A stretch of DNA of 64,000 nt. Origin: Tubulanus polymorphus (lineage: Eukaryota > Animalia > Nemertea). The stretch lies in NCBI RefSeq assembly GCF_964204645.1, contig NC_134026.1:12609950-12673949 (forward strand), given 5' to 3'. The notes under the pieces are model-generated. The model saw only the letters and a list, made by a program, of their open reading frames with translations, did no database searches and had not been told where the DNA came from. Below, one piece after another: positions 1-12,402 of the stretch. The translations under genes were made by a program, and so were the position numbers. The stretch's first letter is position 1. Each line of letters begins with the position of its first letter.

Positions 1-2160
1 TAAATATGCATGATTGAATCTTCGATCACAGAACTGCACATTTGTAGATGACTGCAATGCAATGAACATGTATGGGTGAGTTGGCACAAAATGCTCGTGG
101 GGTTCAGCAGGGTATTGCCACTTTCCAGCTTTGAAAATGGTGTCAACGTCCCATTTATATTCATATGCATCATACGTAGCCAAATCCAACGCTGCCAACA
201 TGCGCAGAGTATTTACATCAAATGCATTATGTTTGTTCAAGAATGATGGTACAAATGCAGGAGGATGTATTTGGACTCGGCAGATTTGTGTGTCATCAGC
301 AGTTGTTCTCATACATCGAGAGGCAGCATGTGGGCAGTTGTGTACTTGTAGTTTAGTTGCCAAATCGTACAAAGCTGTAAATGCGTGGGCAGTTTCTGGA
401 TATAGTCGTAAAATGGCAGCACGAATTGGTCAAACACCCATTGTCCTAGCATTGTTGCATGTTAACGTAACAAATAAATTCCACGAGCCTTCTGTACGTT
501 GTATAGCAGTAACATTTCTCACTTCGCGAGCTGCATCATCCTGATCGAGTGGGATTAACGATTGCTTCGTGATGTGTTGGACACTGTGGTTTCTTGTTAA
601 ATGTTCAAGTCCGCGTTTAGTAACCAAGCTAGCAGGATTATTGTTGAGATCGTAGTTTATGTTAATATCAAAGAGGAACTGCATGTAGGTATATATGTAC
701 TGGTCATTAATGCAGGATCTCGAGCGCGTACTCTTATGTGATCAACTATATTACCAATTTGCTTTTGGTGTAGGTGGTACCTGGTGTACATGATGGATGG
801 CATGGCGCCAACCACTGATGAGCCACGCATATACCAAAATGGCATTGTAAATAATTGACTCTCGGGTGTGATGAGTGGCACTGACCAGCCAGCTGATTTG
901 CAGCAAATATCTTGTAGTATGCGTCGAGCTTTCAATGGTGCTGTGGGTGTTCTATTGTGGCGATGCAATAAGTGCATGTGACTGTGGTTTAAAAGGTGGT
1001 GTGCTAATGTACTGTCATCGTCAGCTGAGAAGAAGCAATTTTCTTGTTGGGCTGAAGTGTGTGGCAGCAATTGTTCATGCAATAAGTCCTCATGGTGAGG
1101 TATTGGGTGTTCAGTTTGCTCGTTGAGGCCTTCATGTACAATGTTGTGAAGGTCATGATTTTCTATGGTGTCTTCAAATGGAAGTTGCATGGGACGGTTG
1201 TGAGGCAGGGCTGGATAATAAGCACCAATATGTGCAATAGATCCATCATCGTCATTGTATATTTCTTTCATATTTACGCGACATAAGCCTGTTGGACATT
1301 GCATGTCAGGTATGCCATGACTGCACTGCCAGCGAAGAACTCGAGTACAAATAGGAACACTGCAATGCAAATGGTGGCCTCGCCCTTACAGGAAACTAGT
1401 AAGCAATCATGTAAAATACATTTCACTTTGAGTTGACCTCCACAAGACATCATGATGTAATTCCAAGCATCATGACACTCAGTTTTCTTGACATACACAG
1501 CAAATGGCTGTACAGTGGTATTAATCTCATTGAGTGTGGTACCAGCTAGGTTCCAATGCATATCTATATTCCATCTGAATGTTCATTGTATGTTCTATCA
1601 TTTTGCCGAGCGTTGTGTGCATACATTAAGTTCCAATTGCCATCTGGGGATTGTAGAGGTAAACTTTGATCACGCAGTGCTCGTTCAGCAATGCAGACTA
1701 TATAGACATTATTCTGGCCTAGATGTTGCCACGAAGGATGTTGTTGTGTGACATAAACATGTGCGCATAAGGATTGCAAGGTCAGCGCCACGCTAATATG
1801 CTGGAAATGTTTTAGATCCTGAGGAGGATTAATATCATGTATGATATGAGATAATCGAGTGAGATGAGGTAATGGAACAGATTGGCGCTGAGAGATTCGA
1901 CAACAAACAGACGCTAGGAATTTTTTGTCAGCATTAGGATGTTGTGATAGATGTTCCAAAAAATTGCGATGCAATTGACGGTTGTGTAACAAAGCATTTA
2001 AAATGCAATAAGTATGAAAGGTTAAATTCCAACCATTGCGTAATGTACCGCGTGGTATATGGAATGGTTTGCGACCTAGTGCAGTGTTAGGGTGAACAAC
2101 CATGATGCAGTGATCAGGGTTAGTTAATTGGTTATCCTCAGCTCCATTACCAGGCATACT
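1..2160 (-). pseudogene. Divergent Helitron-like Rep (HUH rolling-circle initiator) remnant, with stops/frameshifts, running off the window
   Basis: ORF 430-684 has WNLFVTLTCN (Rep motif 1, cf. PDLFITFTCN). Hand translation past the TGA at 430-432 gives KLQVHNCPHAASRCM and FVPTHPYMFIALQSSTNVQFCDRRFNHAYL, matching the VVPYNP..L..H.NVE.C....YL region before the catalytic tyrosines. Confidence 0.65.
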
Positions 2161-2285
2161 GGAGTTATAACTGCGACTTATGTGGTGTGCGTCATCAATA
2201 TCTATGAAAGTTGCCGGTGATGCATTACGTTGTATAAGATAGTGATCAAATTCGTGTGTGTGTGATAATATGACAAGAAGTTGGA

Positions 2286-2725
2286 CATTTTATCATCAAA
2301 CTGAAATATAATCCATGATTTTAGAAATTTATCTGAACAATCTAGCAAATAAGATAGTGTAACTGAGTGTTTATCTTTACTGAATAAATGTGATAATCTA
2401 ATTCTCAAACATTGTTTCAATTTAAAATTAAAATCTGTTTTATAACTTTCATTTTGGTAATTATTTTGATGTTCATAAAAATATTCAGGATTATTAGCTC
2501 ACCAACGTCTATTTTTTCATTACATTTTTCTGAATTATTCACTTGATATTGTTTATTATATAGTTTACGACAAGTTTTACAAATATTTCGTATACCACCT
2601 TTAGAATATTTATCTTTGTAATATTCTGCTGATGATTTATTTATTTTACACTTATAACATATCTTATGGTGAATATTTATAACCCCAGTATTATTGTTTA
2701 TATTGATAGTTTGTGTACTTTCCAT
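2286..2725 (-). pseudogene. Second, frameshifted and truncated copy of the Zn-ribbon/HNH endonuclease gene
   Basis: ORFs 2417-2725 (CYKC..CKTC) and 2202-2420 (MKQCLR..LKSWIIFQFDDKM) align with ORF 2851-3519. Confidence 0.75.
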
Positions 2726-2850
2726 TTATGATATATTTTTTTATTAAAATTGATTTACATTTTAGAATTCTTTTAATAATCTCATTTTCTTTTGACTCTT
2801 CTCTTTTGAACTTTAAGTACCAGTTATACAGGCTGAGTATCATCGGGCGT

Positions 2851-3519
2851 TTATAAAGATTCAACGTATTTTTCATTATGTGTTGAGTTCCATAATTCAA
2901 CAAATGTCTTTGCTCTAACCAACTGGTCTAAATAAAACTGAAAATCTAGTTCATTTCCTTTCCTTATATTTTCCTTCTTTTCAAGAGGTCTCAGGTTTTT
3001 CCAATTCCAGATTAGCTTTTGATTGTATTCATCATTCATATCAAATTTCGATATTGGTAACACGTGAACAATGTGAAAGTATTCACCATAGTTTTTTTCA
3101 TTCATTTTATCGTCAAACTGATATATAATCCATGATTTTAAGAATTCATCTGTACAACCCAACAAATTTGATAGTGTAACTGGATGTTTAGCTTTACTGA
3201 ATAATTTTGATATTTTAGATCTTAAACATTGTTTCATTTTAAAATTAAAATCTGTTCGGCGCCTTTCTTTTTGATAATTTTCATTGAGTTCTTTATAATA
3301 TTCTCTATTATTTGCTTGATATTGCTTAATCTTATCTTTGCGTGTTTCAGTATTATTTCTATAATTTTGTTTGTCACTTAGTTTACTACAAGTTTTACAA
3401 TAACTTTGCTTACCATCTTTCTGAGTTTTTTTATTATAATATTCTGATAATGATTTATCTAATTCACATTTTGAACATTTCTTATGGGGAATATTGATAG
3501 TTTGTGATTGTTCCACCAT
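2851..3519 (-). CDS. Zn-ribbon + HNH-type endonuclease of the kind seen in large DNA viruses (222 aa)
   Basis: N-terminal KKCSKC..CKTC; C-terminal LLGC..LKSWI..NYGEYFHIVHVLP..WNWKNLRPLEKKENIRKGN. The usual HIDH reads HIVH. Confidence 0.7.
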   Translation of the reverse strand: MVEQSQTINIPHKKCSKCELDKSLSEYYNKKTQKDGKQSYCKTCSKLSDKQNYRNNTETRKDKIKQYQANNREYYKELNENYQKERRRTDFNFKMKQCLRSKISKLFSKAKHPVTLSNLLGCTDEFLKSWIIYQFDDKMNEKNYGEYFHIVHVLPISKFDMNDEYNQKLIWNWKNLRPLEKKENIRKGNELDFQFYLDQLVRAKTFVELWNSTHNEKYVESL

Positions 3520-3537
3520 TTATAATACATATTTTTA

Positions 3538-3660
3538 TTAAAATTGATTAAGATGTTTCCCTTTCTCTAAATGTGTTCTAGTTATATTATGCCTTGCTTT
3601 TTGAGATTTATCTATATTGATTTTACATGTTGGACAGTAGTACTCCTTATTTGGTTCCAT
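3538..3660 (-). pseudogene. Truncated zinc-finger N-terminus homologous to the Polinton ORF at 18857
   Basis: Hand translation MEPNKEYYCPTCKINIDKSQKARHNITRTHLEK versus MEANKYYCPTCNIDKSQKSRHNKTKTHLEN. Confidence 0.85.
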
Positions 3661-3748
3661 TTTAATATCAAATTCTTTATTTAAATTGATTTTTGAAGTT
3701 ATTCATATTCATATATATGAATATTTTAAGAGTAATAGGGATAATAGG

Positions 3749-3832
3749 GGTTCAGCTCAAAGGTTGAAGGGTCGAAAAATAAATTTGATAAATTTATTTT
3801 TCGACCCTTTGACCTTTGGTATGAACTGAACC
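3749..3832. repeat. Imperfect hairpin homologous to the Polinton left-end hairpin
   Basis: ggttcag..caaaggttgaagggtcgaaaaataaattt / aaatttatttttcgaccctttgacctttg..ctgaacc. Confidence 0.85.
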
Positions 3833-4588
3833 ATAGTATACTTTGTCAGTCAACATACGATTGGCACAGTAAGTAACGTTATATTAGTATTTATTCCTGC
3901 CTTTCCTTATTATTGTTAATTCCAATAATTTATTTTATTCAAGTCGTTTATTTAACAATTTATCCCAACCAAAGATTTCATTGTGCAGTTCAAACATATT
4001 TCGGTCTCATCGCAAATGAATAAAATTGGAGAAACATCGTGCTTTGAAATGTTCTTGAAAATCACCAAGTGGAAATTTTTACCTTCTTTGAATATTTGGG
4101 GATTTTTACCGTATACGCCACCATGTTTTACGAGAGAGTAGAAAAGCCCACAACAATGTATGAGTTCATAATGATTCGCGAGTATATGTCCCATGTGGTT
4201 TAACCATTTAACTATGACTTACATGTAAATTAAATTCAGTTCAGTTTAATTTCGGTTCAGTGATCACAGCTTCAGTTTACATATAAAAACATATAAACTC
4301 TGATATTACTAGTATACCCATTATTTCTTGTATTGTAAAATGAAAAATGTAGTTTTTTATTCAATAGATTTCATAACTACATTATATCTATAACTAACTA
4401 CTTGATCAGTTTCACTTTGAATCGTTTACCCATATCTAGTAATAAACTAGGTCTACGCTCAATCAAAAATTCAATAAGTTTTCTGGAGGATTTTTTACCT
4501 ACTACTTAACAATTTGGGTGAAAACTTATCGGGGAGGGGAATTTTATATATTAATAAATATCGTTTTAATGTTAGAAAGTATTTTTAA

Positions 4589-5008
4589 GTACGTAGTTGT
4601 TACCCGTACGTGACTGTACGGTGATCTCCACAGGTTAACCGTACGTGAGTTCCCTATTAACGCCGTACGTGGGTTCCTGGTAGCCAATACCATTTGAAGT
4701 ACGAAGTTGTTACCCGTACGTGACTGTACGTGATCTCCACAGGTTAACCGTACGTGAGTTCCCTACTAACGCCGTACGTGAGTTCCTAGTAGCCAACACC
4801 TTTTTAATCACGAAGTTGTTACCCGTACATGACTGAACGGTGATCTCCACAGGTTAACCGTATGTGAGTTCCCTACTAACGCCGTACGTGAGTTCCTAGT
4901 AGCCAATACCATTTTAAATACGAAGTTGTTACCCGTACGTGACTGTACGATGATATCCACAGGTTAACCGTACGCGAGTTCCCTAAAAATGCCGTACGTG
5001 AGTTCCTA
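4589..5008. repeat. About 110-bp tandem repeat, about 4 copies, rich in CCGTACGTG; inverted partial copy at about 5190-5250
   Basis: gttgttacccgtacgtgactgtacggtgatctccacaggttaaccgtacgtgagttccc recurs about every 110 bp. Confidence 0.9.
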
Positions 5009-6600
5009 TAATCTGCAAACGCGGATGCGTGAAAGAATGGAATTTGGGTTAGTGAGGCTAGGCTATTTGTAAATCAAATTTCATCCACCCTGTAGTTACG
5101 TTCTGTGTCACAGTGGGTAAATCACTGGACTACTACTGGATTATTTTTTTTCGTTTGGTTTCGAATCCCAATATTGCATGTCTGAGCGTCAACGTACTCA
5201 CATACGGCTAACCAGTAGAAATCACCGTACAGTCACGTACAGCTAACAACAGCGTTTTAAGTATTAAGTTAGTACAAGCCTACCATGCCTATGTACCACA
5301 AACACAACTTTTTCCCTCTCGTCGCCCTACAGTGATGTTACTATAACTGGTGCCATTATAACATGGATAGGATTTGGTCAGGACTAGCTTAAAGTCTAAT
5401 TTAGTCTATGTACTAATTCCCTCGATAGGCCTATTTTTAAAACAATACAGTGAAGTATTCACACGCAGAAAGGCTTATTGATTTGAGTCATGTGATTAAA
5501 TTTGGCCAGGCCTTCTCTGACCTGCTGATATTAATAGTCAAACCTAGATCCAAAACGTTCATGTGGTCACGGCTTGTATACCAGAAATCATTGTAGGCCT
5601 GTACATTTTGCTGTTCGTAGGTTTGGTATACCGATTTCTCCATTCTTGACTGATAAGTGTACGGTACAGCTGTACGCATTATACAATTGTTCCAATGGGA
5701 ATAGGGCCTATTGATTGGGCTTATTATTTCCTGCTTCAGAATACTGAAATAAGCCTAACGTTCATTCAAATATCCAACATCGGTGAAAGTTTGATTACTG
5801 TATAGATGTACTGTAGGTTTTCATGTTGTATGAATATTATGCAGTTCAAAATGGTATGATGCTGATTCCAATGTCAAACGCATGAAGTTAGATGGTCAAG
5901 GTGAGTCAACACCAAGATATCTCTCTGCGACCGATGTTGCACCATAGAAGATGTGATTCCTTCAAATCAAGCAAAGTGATTCAACACGATCGACATAACA
6001 CTAGTGATACACCGGTCACAATCCTCTCTTTAATCGTTATCTATAAAATACTTGAGTAAGGCCCCGGCGAGAGAACGTGTCCGTGCACAAATCCGAATGA
6101 ATAAATTGAAATACCGGATGATAATATTGAAGATAATATATTTTATTTACCTTGAACCTGTGAATGATTTTCCTAATCCCTATTGTATATGAATCCCTAT
6201 CGTTCCGAAGCTTCTCCTGTCCTGCTGTCGACACTCGTCTTACTAAGGTACAGATTCTCTCCTCTCTCTCGATAGCGGCCCCCTTTTGTAGAAAGAACCG
6301 GCATTCTCAGAATTCCGATTCTCCCACGCAGGGTCTTCCGCTTTTTGGCAAGGAGCAGCTACCCAACTGTCATGACCGTTTTTAGTTACGGAAAATTTAG
6401 CCCTACTGATTTGCTGATCTAAAGGTTTTTTTAGAAACTGATTTGCTGATATAAACTTTTTCTTCCAACCCTCCTGTCATGACGCGTTGTGATTTACTCA
6501 CTCCTTGCTAGTCGTTGTTGAGAGAGCAGCTATTGTCTGTGAATTACCAACGAGCGCATACAGACAACAGAAACTTCAGACAGCTAGTTTTAACATTTAA

Positions 6601-9262
6601 CAAAACGTCACGATATGTCGACATATTCATGTCGAATTGATGCGATATATCGACATAAATATGGCGACTTGTCGAGTTGGAACGCAACAACTCGAGGCCC
6701 TTTATCGCTTCCGTAGATCTTTCATTAAGTAGGATCACTTGAATGATCGCTTTAATATCACTTTAAAAAAAAATAATCTGCCAATATGACCTTAATATTC
6801 GACACTATATCTACGGAAGCGATAAGGGGCCTCGAGATGACGCGTTCCAACTCGACAAGTCGTTATATTATTGTCGACATACCGCGATATATCGCGTCAA
6901 GTCGACATGAATATGTCGATATATCGTGACGTTTTGACGACATATTTCGTTTTCTCAACCATTTTCCTCGCAACAAGTCGACATATTCATGACGACTTGA
7001 AACTCAGTCGTCATATTACTGGCGTCCTCATCTTACATTTAGACATGTCTTCAAATTACGGCTTGTCCCGTGGAAAATGAGCAAATAAGCGAAATTTGTC
7101 GTGAAAACGTCACGATATGTAGACATATTCATGTGGACTTGACACGATATATCGCGATATATCGACATACATATAGCTAATAATGTGGGCGACACAACCA
7201 AAAAAATTAATTGTCGCGGGCGATAAAACCAAAATAATCAATTGTCGCGGGCGATAAAACCAAGATATTGAATTGTCGCGGGCGACAAAACCAAGAAAAT
7301 CATTTGTCGCGGGCGATAAAACCAAAATAATGAATTGTCGCGGGCGACAAAACCAAAATATTCAATTGTCGCGGGCAACTAAACCAAACTAATGAATTGT
7401 CGCGGGCGATAAAACCAAAATAATAAATTGTCGCGGGCGATAAAACCAAAAAATGAATTGTCGCGGGCGATAAAACCAAAATATTGAATTGTCGCGGGCG
7501 ACAAAACCAAAATATTCAATTGTCGCGGGCGACAAAACCAAACTAATGAATTGTCGCGGGCGATAAAACCAAAATAATGAATTGTCGCAGGCGATAAAAC
7601 CAAAATATTGAAGTGTCGCAGGCGATAAAACCGCGACAAAAAGAAAAAAAAATTGTCACTGGCGATAAAACCAAAATAATGAATTGTCGCGGGTGATAAA
7701 ACCAAAATATTGAATTGTCGTGGGAGACAAATCCAAAAAATGAATTGTCGAGGGCGATGAAACCAAAATCTTGAATTGTCGCTATTGTCGCGTGCGACAA
7801 AACCAAAATAATGAATTGTCGCGGGCGATAAAACCAAAATATTGAATTGTCGCGGGCGACAAAACCAAAAAAGAAAATTGTCGTGGGCGACAAAAACAAA
7901 ATATAAAACCAAAATAATGAATTGTCGCGGGCGACAAAACCAAAATAATACATTGTCGCTGGCGATAAAACCAAAGTAATGAATTGTCGTGGGCGATAAA
8001 ACCCAAATAATGAATTGTCGCGGGCGACAAAATCAAAATCATTGTTTTCTCGCGTTATTTTAGTTTTGTCGTTTTGTCGTAATGTCGCCCTCATTTGCAT
8101 ATTCGTGTTTTTGTATCTTATCAGCCACCATACTAAAGCTTTAAGGTCGCGTAAAACTCGATAAACACTTCAAGCGACACAGCGAACGATCTCCTTTCCC
8201 CCACCGCGAACGCTTACTCCGAATGTCAAGTGTGAGTCCAGCATACGGATAGGAGTGTGTTATATACTTGTATTTAGTAAATACCTTGTGGATTTGACAA
8301 TGATCGGTATGTACTGTAGGAAATATAGAGTATTGATGGTATTGATACAGAGGCCCGCGGCCGAATAAAGTAATATATTCTTTTATTTTGATACCTCGTC
8401 GACATAACAGCTTTTCTCCGCTATATCTCTTCGGCGTGTTTAGTTTAGGCCTACGACTCCCCGGTACACTTATGATCTATCTTAGTAAAAACACGGTAAA
8501 TTTGGTAAAGAAAAATAGGTATTGCTAAATTAACTGCTTGACGCCCGCAGCCAAATGACTGGTAGTAATAAATTAATTTGTACTCGATTTGATTCTCAGA
8601 ATGAGGAGAAACTCGCAGCTGATTCCCGGAACGACGATGTAGTGACACACGTCGATTTGTCGATGTTTACGACTCGACAGTGCTTTTAAAATCTAAAGTA
8701 GTAAATTTCCTGTGTATCGGTATTATAATTTGATGAGGAAAATGGGTTATTGTTAAAATTAGTTTTTTAAAAACCGCGACAGAATGTGCAATCTTTGGGT
8801 AATAAATTTGTTAATTTATGCTTGAATTGATAATCGATGTGACAAGAAACGTGCGGTAGATTTCGGAAAGACGACTTAGAAAAACATGTCGGCTCTTTGA
8901 ATGGGGCTCAATTTTCGATGTTTACGGCCCGACAGTGCTTTTGTAACGTTGATTCTTCAAAATTTGCACGGAGTATTTGTAGATTGAAGTGAGCTGAATG
9001 ATATCAGACGGATTGTATCGGCAACAGCGGTAATGTAAAAAAGCCTATGTACTTTTGACAAAAAATGTGTGGAAAATAATAATAATAATAATAATAATTA
9101 TAAGAAACACGCGAATCTCAATAGGGTTTTCTGTGATGTAACAGAAAACCCTACTAATAATCACGCGGATATCAATAGGGTTTTCTGTGAAATAACAGAA
9201 AACCCTAATAATCACGCGGATATCAAAAGGGTTTTCTGTGAAATAACAGAAAACCCTAATTA
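6601..9262 (-). mobile_element. HINE family 1 copy (non-autonomous Helentron-like), inverted relative to 26923-35971; 3' end not found
   Basis: Reverse-complement identity to about 27000-27930, the 31-bp array and 34050-35090; 5' hairpin TAGGGTTTTCTG..CAGAAAACCCTA plus (TTA)n at about 9070-9262. Confidence 0.8.
7186..8040 (-). repeat. 31-bp satellite array, about 27 units
   Basis: Unit aattgtcgcgggcgataaaaccaaaataatg. Confidence 0.95.
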
Positions 9263-9289
9263 ATGATATCAGCTACTTTTTCAGTAGTA

Positions 9290-9700
9290 TACGTTTTAGA
9301 ATAGTCACTTTCAAATAGTACACTCTCTTAAACGGTTGGTTTTCGAAAGTCTCTGGTTGTAAAACATGTGGTTTTTAGAGTCTACGATTTGTATCGTATA
9401 CTTTTAAATAATATACTTTCTGAAACGGTTGGTTTTCGAAAGTCTCTGGTTGTAAAGCATATGGTATTTAGAGTGTACGATTGGTACCATATACTTTAAA
9501 ATAGTATTGTTTCTGAACGGTAAGGTTTTGAGAGTGTACATTATAGAAAAGGTAGACTATGAGAACCATACATTTAAAAATGGAGAGTAACTATTAGTCA
9601 CCTTTGTCAAAACGGTTACTTATAAGAGTGACCATTATTAGTGTCTACTCTTTAATAGTAACCGATTTCTAAGAGGGTGGTTTTCAAATGTATATGTTTT
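9290..9700. repeat. Degenerate tandem repeat, clearest period about 93 bp
   Basis: aaacggttggttttcgaaagtctctggttgtaaa at about 9331 and 9424, decaying downstream. Confidence 0.6.
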
Positions 9701-10750
9701 GAATCTAATATATTGCAGAGTGATTAAACCAGACATCTAAACAGAAACTCTGATCTATTTTTGACACTAAAGGGTTATCGCACCCCGATCTTACAGTAGT
9801 TCAAGCGTGTTTTTGCACTTCTTTGATAGTGACACATAGAACATATCATTTGATTAATCTATAGGGAATACCGATCATAACTTCCTATTTTTACTTCTCA
9901 ATTAAAAGGCTTTCGTCAAAACCCAAATGAAGTAATTCAATGGAGATATTGGTCAGACACTCAATCTTAAAAAACCACCAGGCCTTTGTGTTGAGAAGAA
10001 ATGTGTATGCAACAATGCCATGGCTATCTAACTATAAAATTTGTTTTTTTTTGTGATGCCAGGATAGAGAGCTTATTCAAATGATTAGGCACTAACCCAG
10101 AATATTTGAATATGCTAGCTTAGGCGGATTTTACTCCTAATGTTGAATCAACTGTGCTTTTGTCCATCTGCCCAGATCCACTAGCGAGTCAGTGTCATCT
10201 ACAGAAAGAAATAACTAACGTCACAAGAGAATACATCATTTTTGACGTTTTGGTCAGTTTATTTCTATCAAAATAAAGTTATGAATCATTATTCTGGTAC
10301 TGGCCGTGCATTCGTAACTCATTTATAAAAGATAATAAAATATGTAATACATATACGATATGTACAACGTTATAAAAAGTATTTTGATACAGATCTTTAG
10401 AAACATCATTTTCCATATTCTGTAATATAAAGATATTAAACTTAGTTATTTGCATCAAAACATAATATTTATAACAACGTGCGGCTTTTTGACCACATCA
10501 AAGAGCAGCTGCGCGTGCGAGCGATCTGCTAGACTGAGCTGACCCTATGCAGGTCAGTGTCAAAACATCTGCTCACACGCTACCTGCATCAGTATTATTT
10601 CACATCCTTGCCACTTTTTATACTCACATTTCAGATTTCTTGATACTGTGATATGAAACTCCATCAGTCCCAGAGAGAGACTCCAAAGAGAGAAATATGT
10701 GTGAAAAAATATATGTAATGTGTTCTAAGATTTGAGAGTTTTACTAATGG

Positions 10751-10899
10751 AGGAAAGACGAAAATGTAAGCTTAAGTAATAAAGAACCGGAATGAGCAGA
10801 GATCATAGAAACTTGACCTGTCTTGGCAATAGTTATTCGTTAGTTTTGTGAAATAAGCAAAATTCTTAAAACTTTTTCCAGCGAACATTAACTTGATCA
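10751..10899 (+). repeat. About 140-bp direct repeat, copy 1
   Basis: cctgtcttggcaatagttattcgttagttttgtgaaataagc..aattcttaaaactttttccagcgaacatta also at 17779-17915. Confidence 0.9.
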
Positions 10900-11455
10900 C
10901 TGCCTGTTAGGAAATTCTCCAACATCAGTCATCATTCCAATGCGTGGCTCTCTCGCTCTTGCTTATTCTATATACACAACCATAACAACTAGACACATGG
11001 CACTGCATGCACTTTGCAACAGGTCACTACTGCAAACTGATACTTCTGATGTTAAGCCGCCCGACAATTGACTTTTTACTTTTGGGTTGAATTTTTACCT
11101 TTGGGTTGTCTCGAGTCAATCTACTAGTCTCGTCAGGTATGATCCAAAGATGCTTATCAGAGGTCAATTGATAATTCAGTACCCATTTCTGTCTGAAAGT
11201 ACCTGTTTCAAATCTTCTTTAGACAAAAAACAGTATTCATGTTAATATGATTTTGAGAGTTTATTGGAATTCTCATAAACCCAAGAACAGAAAAAGAAAA
11301 AAACATAAAAAGTATACTAAATGATTTCATTTATTTATGACAAATATGTAATTACTAATCGTAATCCTAACTACCAATGGCAATATAGAACATAGAGTGA
11401 ATACAATCGACAATCAAGTAGTCTGAAATCTGAGTCTGAATATCACCACTGACAT

Positions 11456-12243
11456 TTAAACGCGTTCAAAGAACTGCCTCGATTTCAACATATCGGCCTT
11501 CATCGTGTCCATGGCCAGGGCAGCTTTCGCGTGGTGTTCAGATAGCTGCTCTTCCAACTTAATTTTAGTTTGGCCATCATCTGTAGCTACCTTCTTGTTG
11601 TTTATTAAGTCGCAAGTAGGGCAGGTATCAGTCCATGGGCTTCGAAATGAAAGGTTCATTTTATTGAAGATTTTCCTATAGATGCACAGCGTTATTGGGC
11701 GGTGATTAGCTGGTGGATGAGCCTGTCGTAAAAATCCCTTATATAGTTCTACCACATTAAGATGGGATGGTAGATATTTTTTATTCGTTGAAGTGCGACC
11801 ACAGTGACTCTCTGTCGGTTCAAACGATTTAATGTGATCTTCAACCTGAAACAGAAAGTATTTTGTTAGTCCGATAATGAATGTTTTGTTTGCAAATATT
11901 TATTGTTCATCTGTGAATGATGATTAATGATGATTGATAATCACTACATACCATACTGGTCATTTCTGGTGAAGTAACATACTGATTGCCATGCCTCCCC
12001 TTCCATCCCTTGCGTGATTGGTAAAAGCCGTGCTCGGGAAATACCGAGTGCCTTCAATACTGCCAGTCGACAAGCCTGTTTAAGATTTCTTTCTTCGTTT
12101 GGCAGGCGATAACGGTAAAATGATCTTTTCCCACTGGGCGAAAATTGGTGACAGTACAATGCTATCATACGACTTTGTAATTCATACGTTTTTTCTTCAT
12201 CAAATTTTTTTCGTATCTCTTTTACCTGAAATGATAATGACAT
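11456..12243 (-). pseudogene. Sola1-like DDD transposase, N-terminal/central exons
   Basis: ACRLAVLKALGISRARL; after an acceptor near 11847, VEDHIKSFEPTESHCGR..KYLPSHL; LSFRSPWTDTCPTCD. Confidence 0.75.
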
Positions 12244-12402
12244 TTATTTTCAAAAGATTAACTCATTGATAAAACTTTTTCGTCAGTTTTCCTTTGAAAT
12301 ATGCACATGCTTCCGATTTCTTTTGCGCCCCCCTGCACCGCGAAATTATAAGCGTAAAGCGCGAATTTATAAGTAGCGCTTCCGTTGATTTATTTTACTA
12401 TC

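Larger units (their letters stand above)
2286..3832 (-). mobile_element. Non-autonomous deletion derivative of the Polinton family (hairpin, ZnF start, HNH, pPolB tail, HNH)
   Basis: Shares ccctattactcttaaaatattcatatatatgaat with 18619-18652, the ZnF start, and the pPolB C-terminus LKFKREESKENEIIKRILKC (about 2755-2820). Confidence 0.75.
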
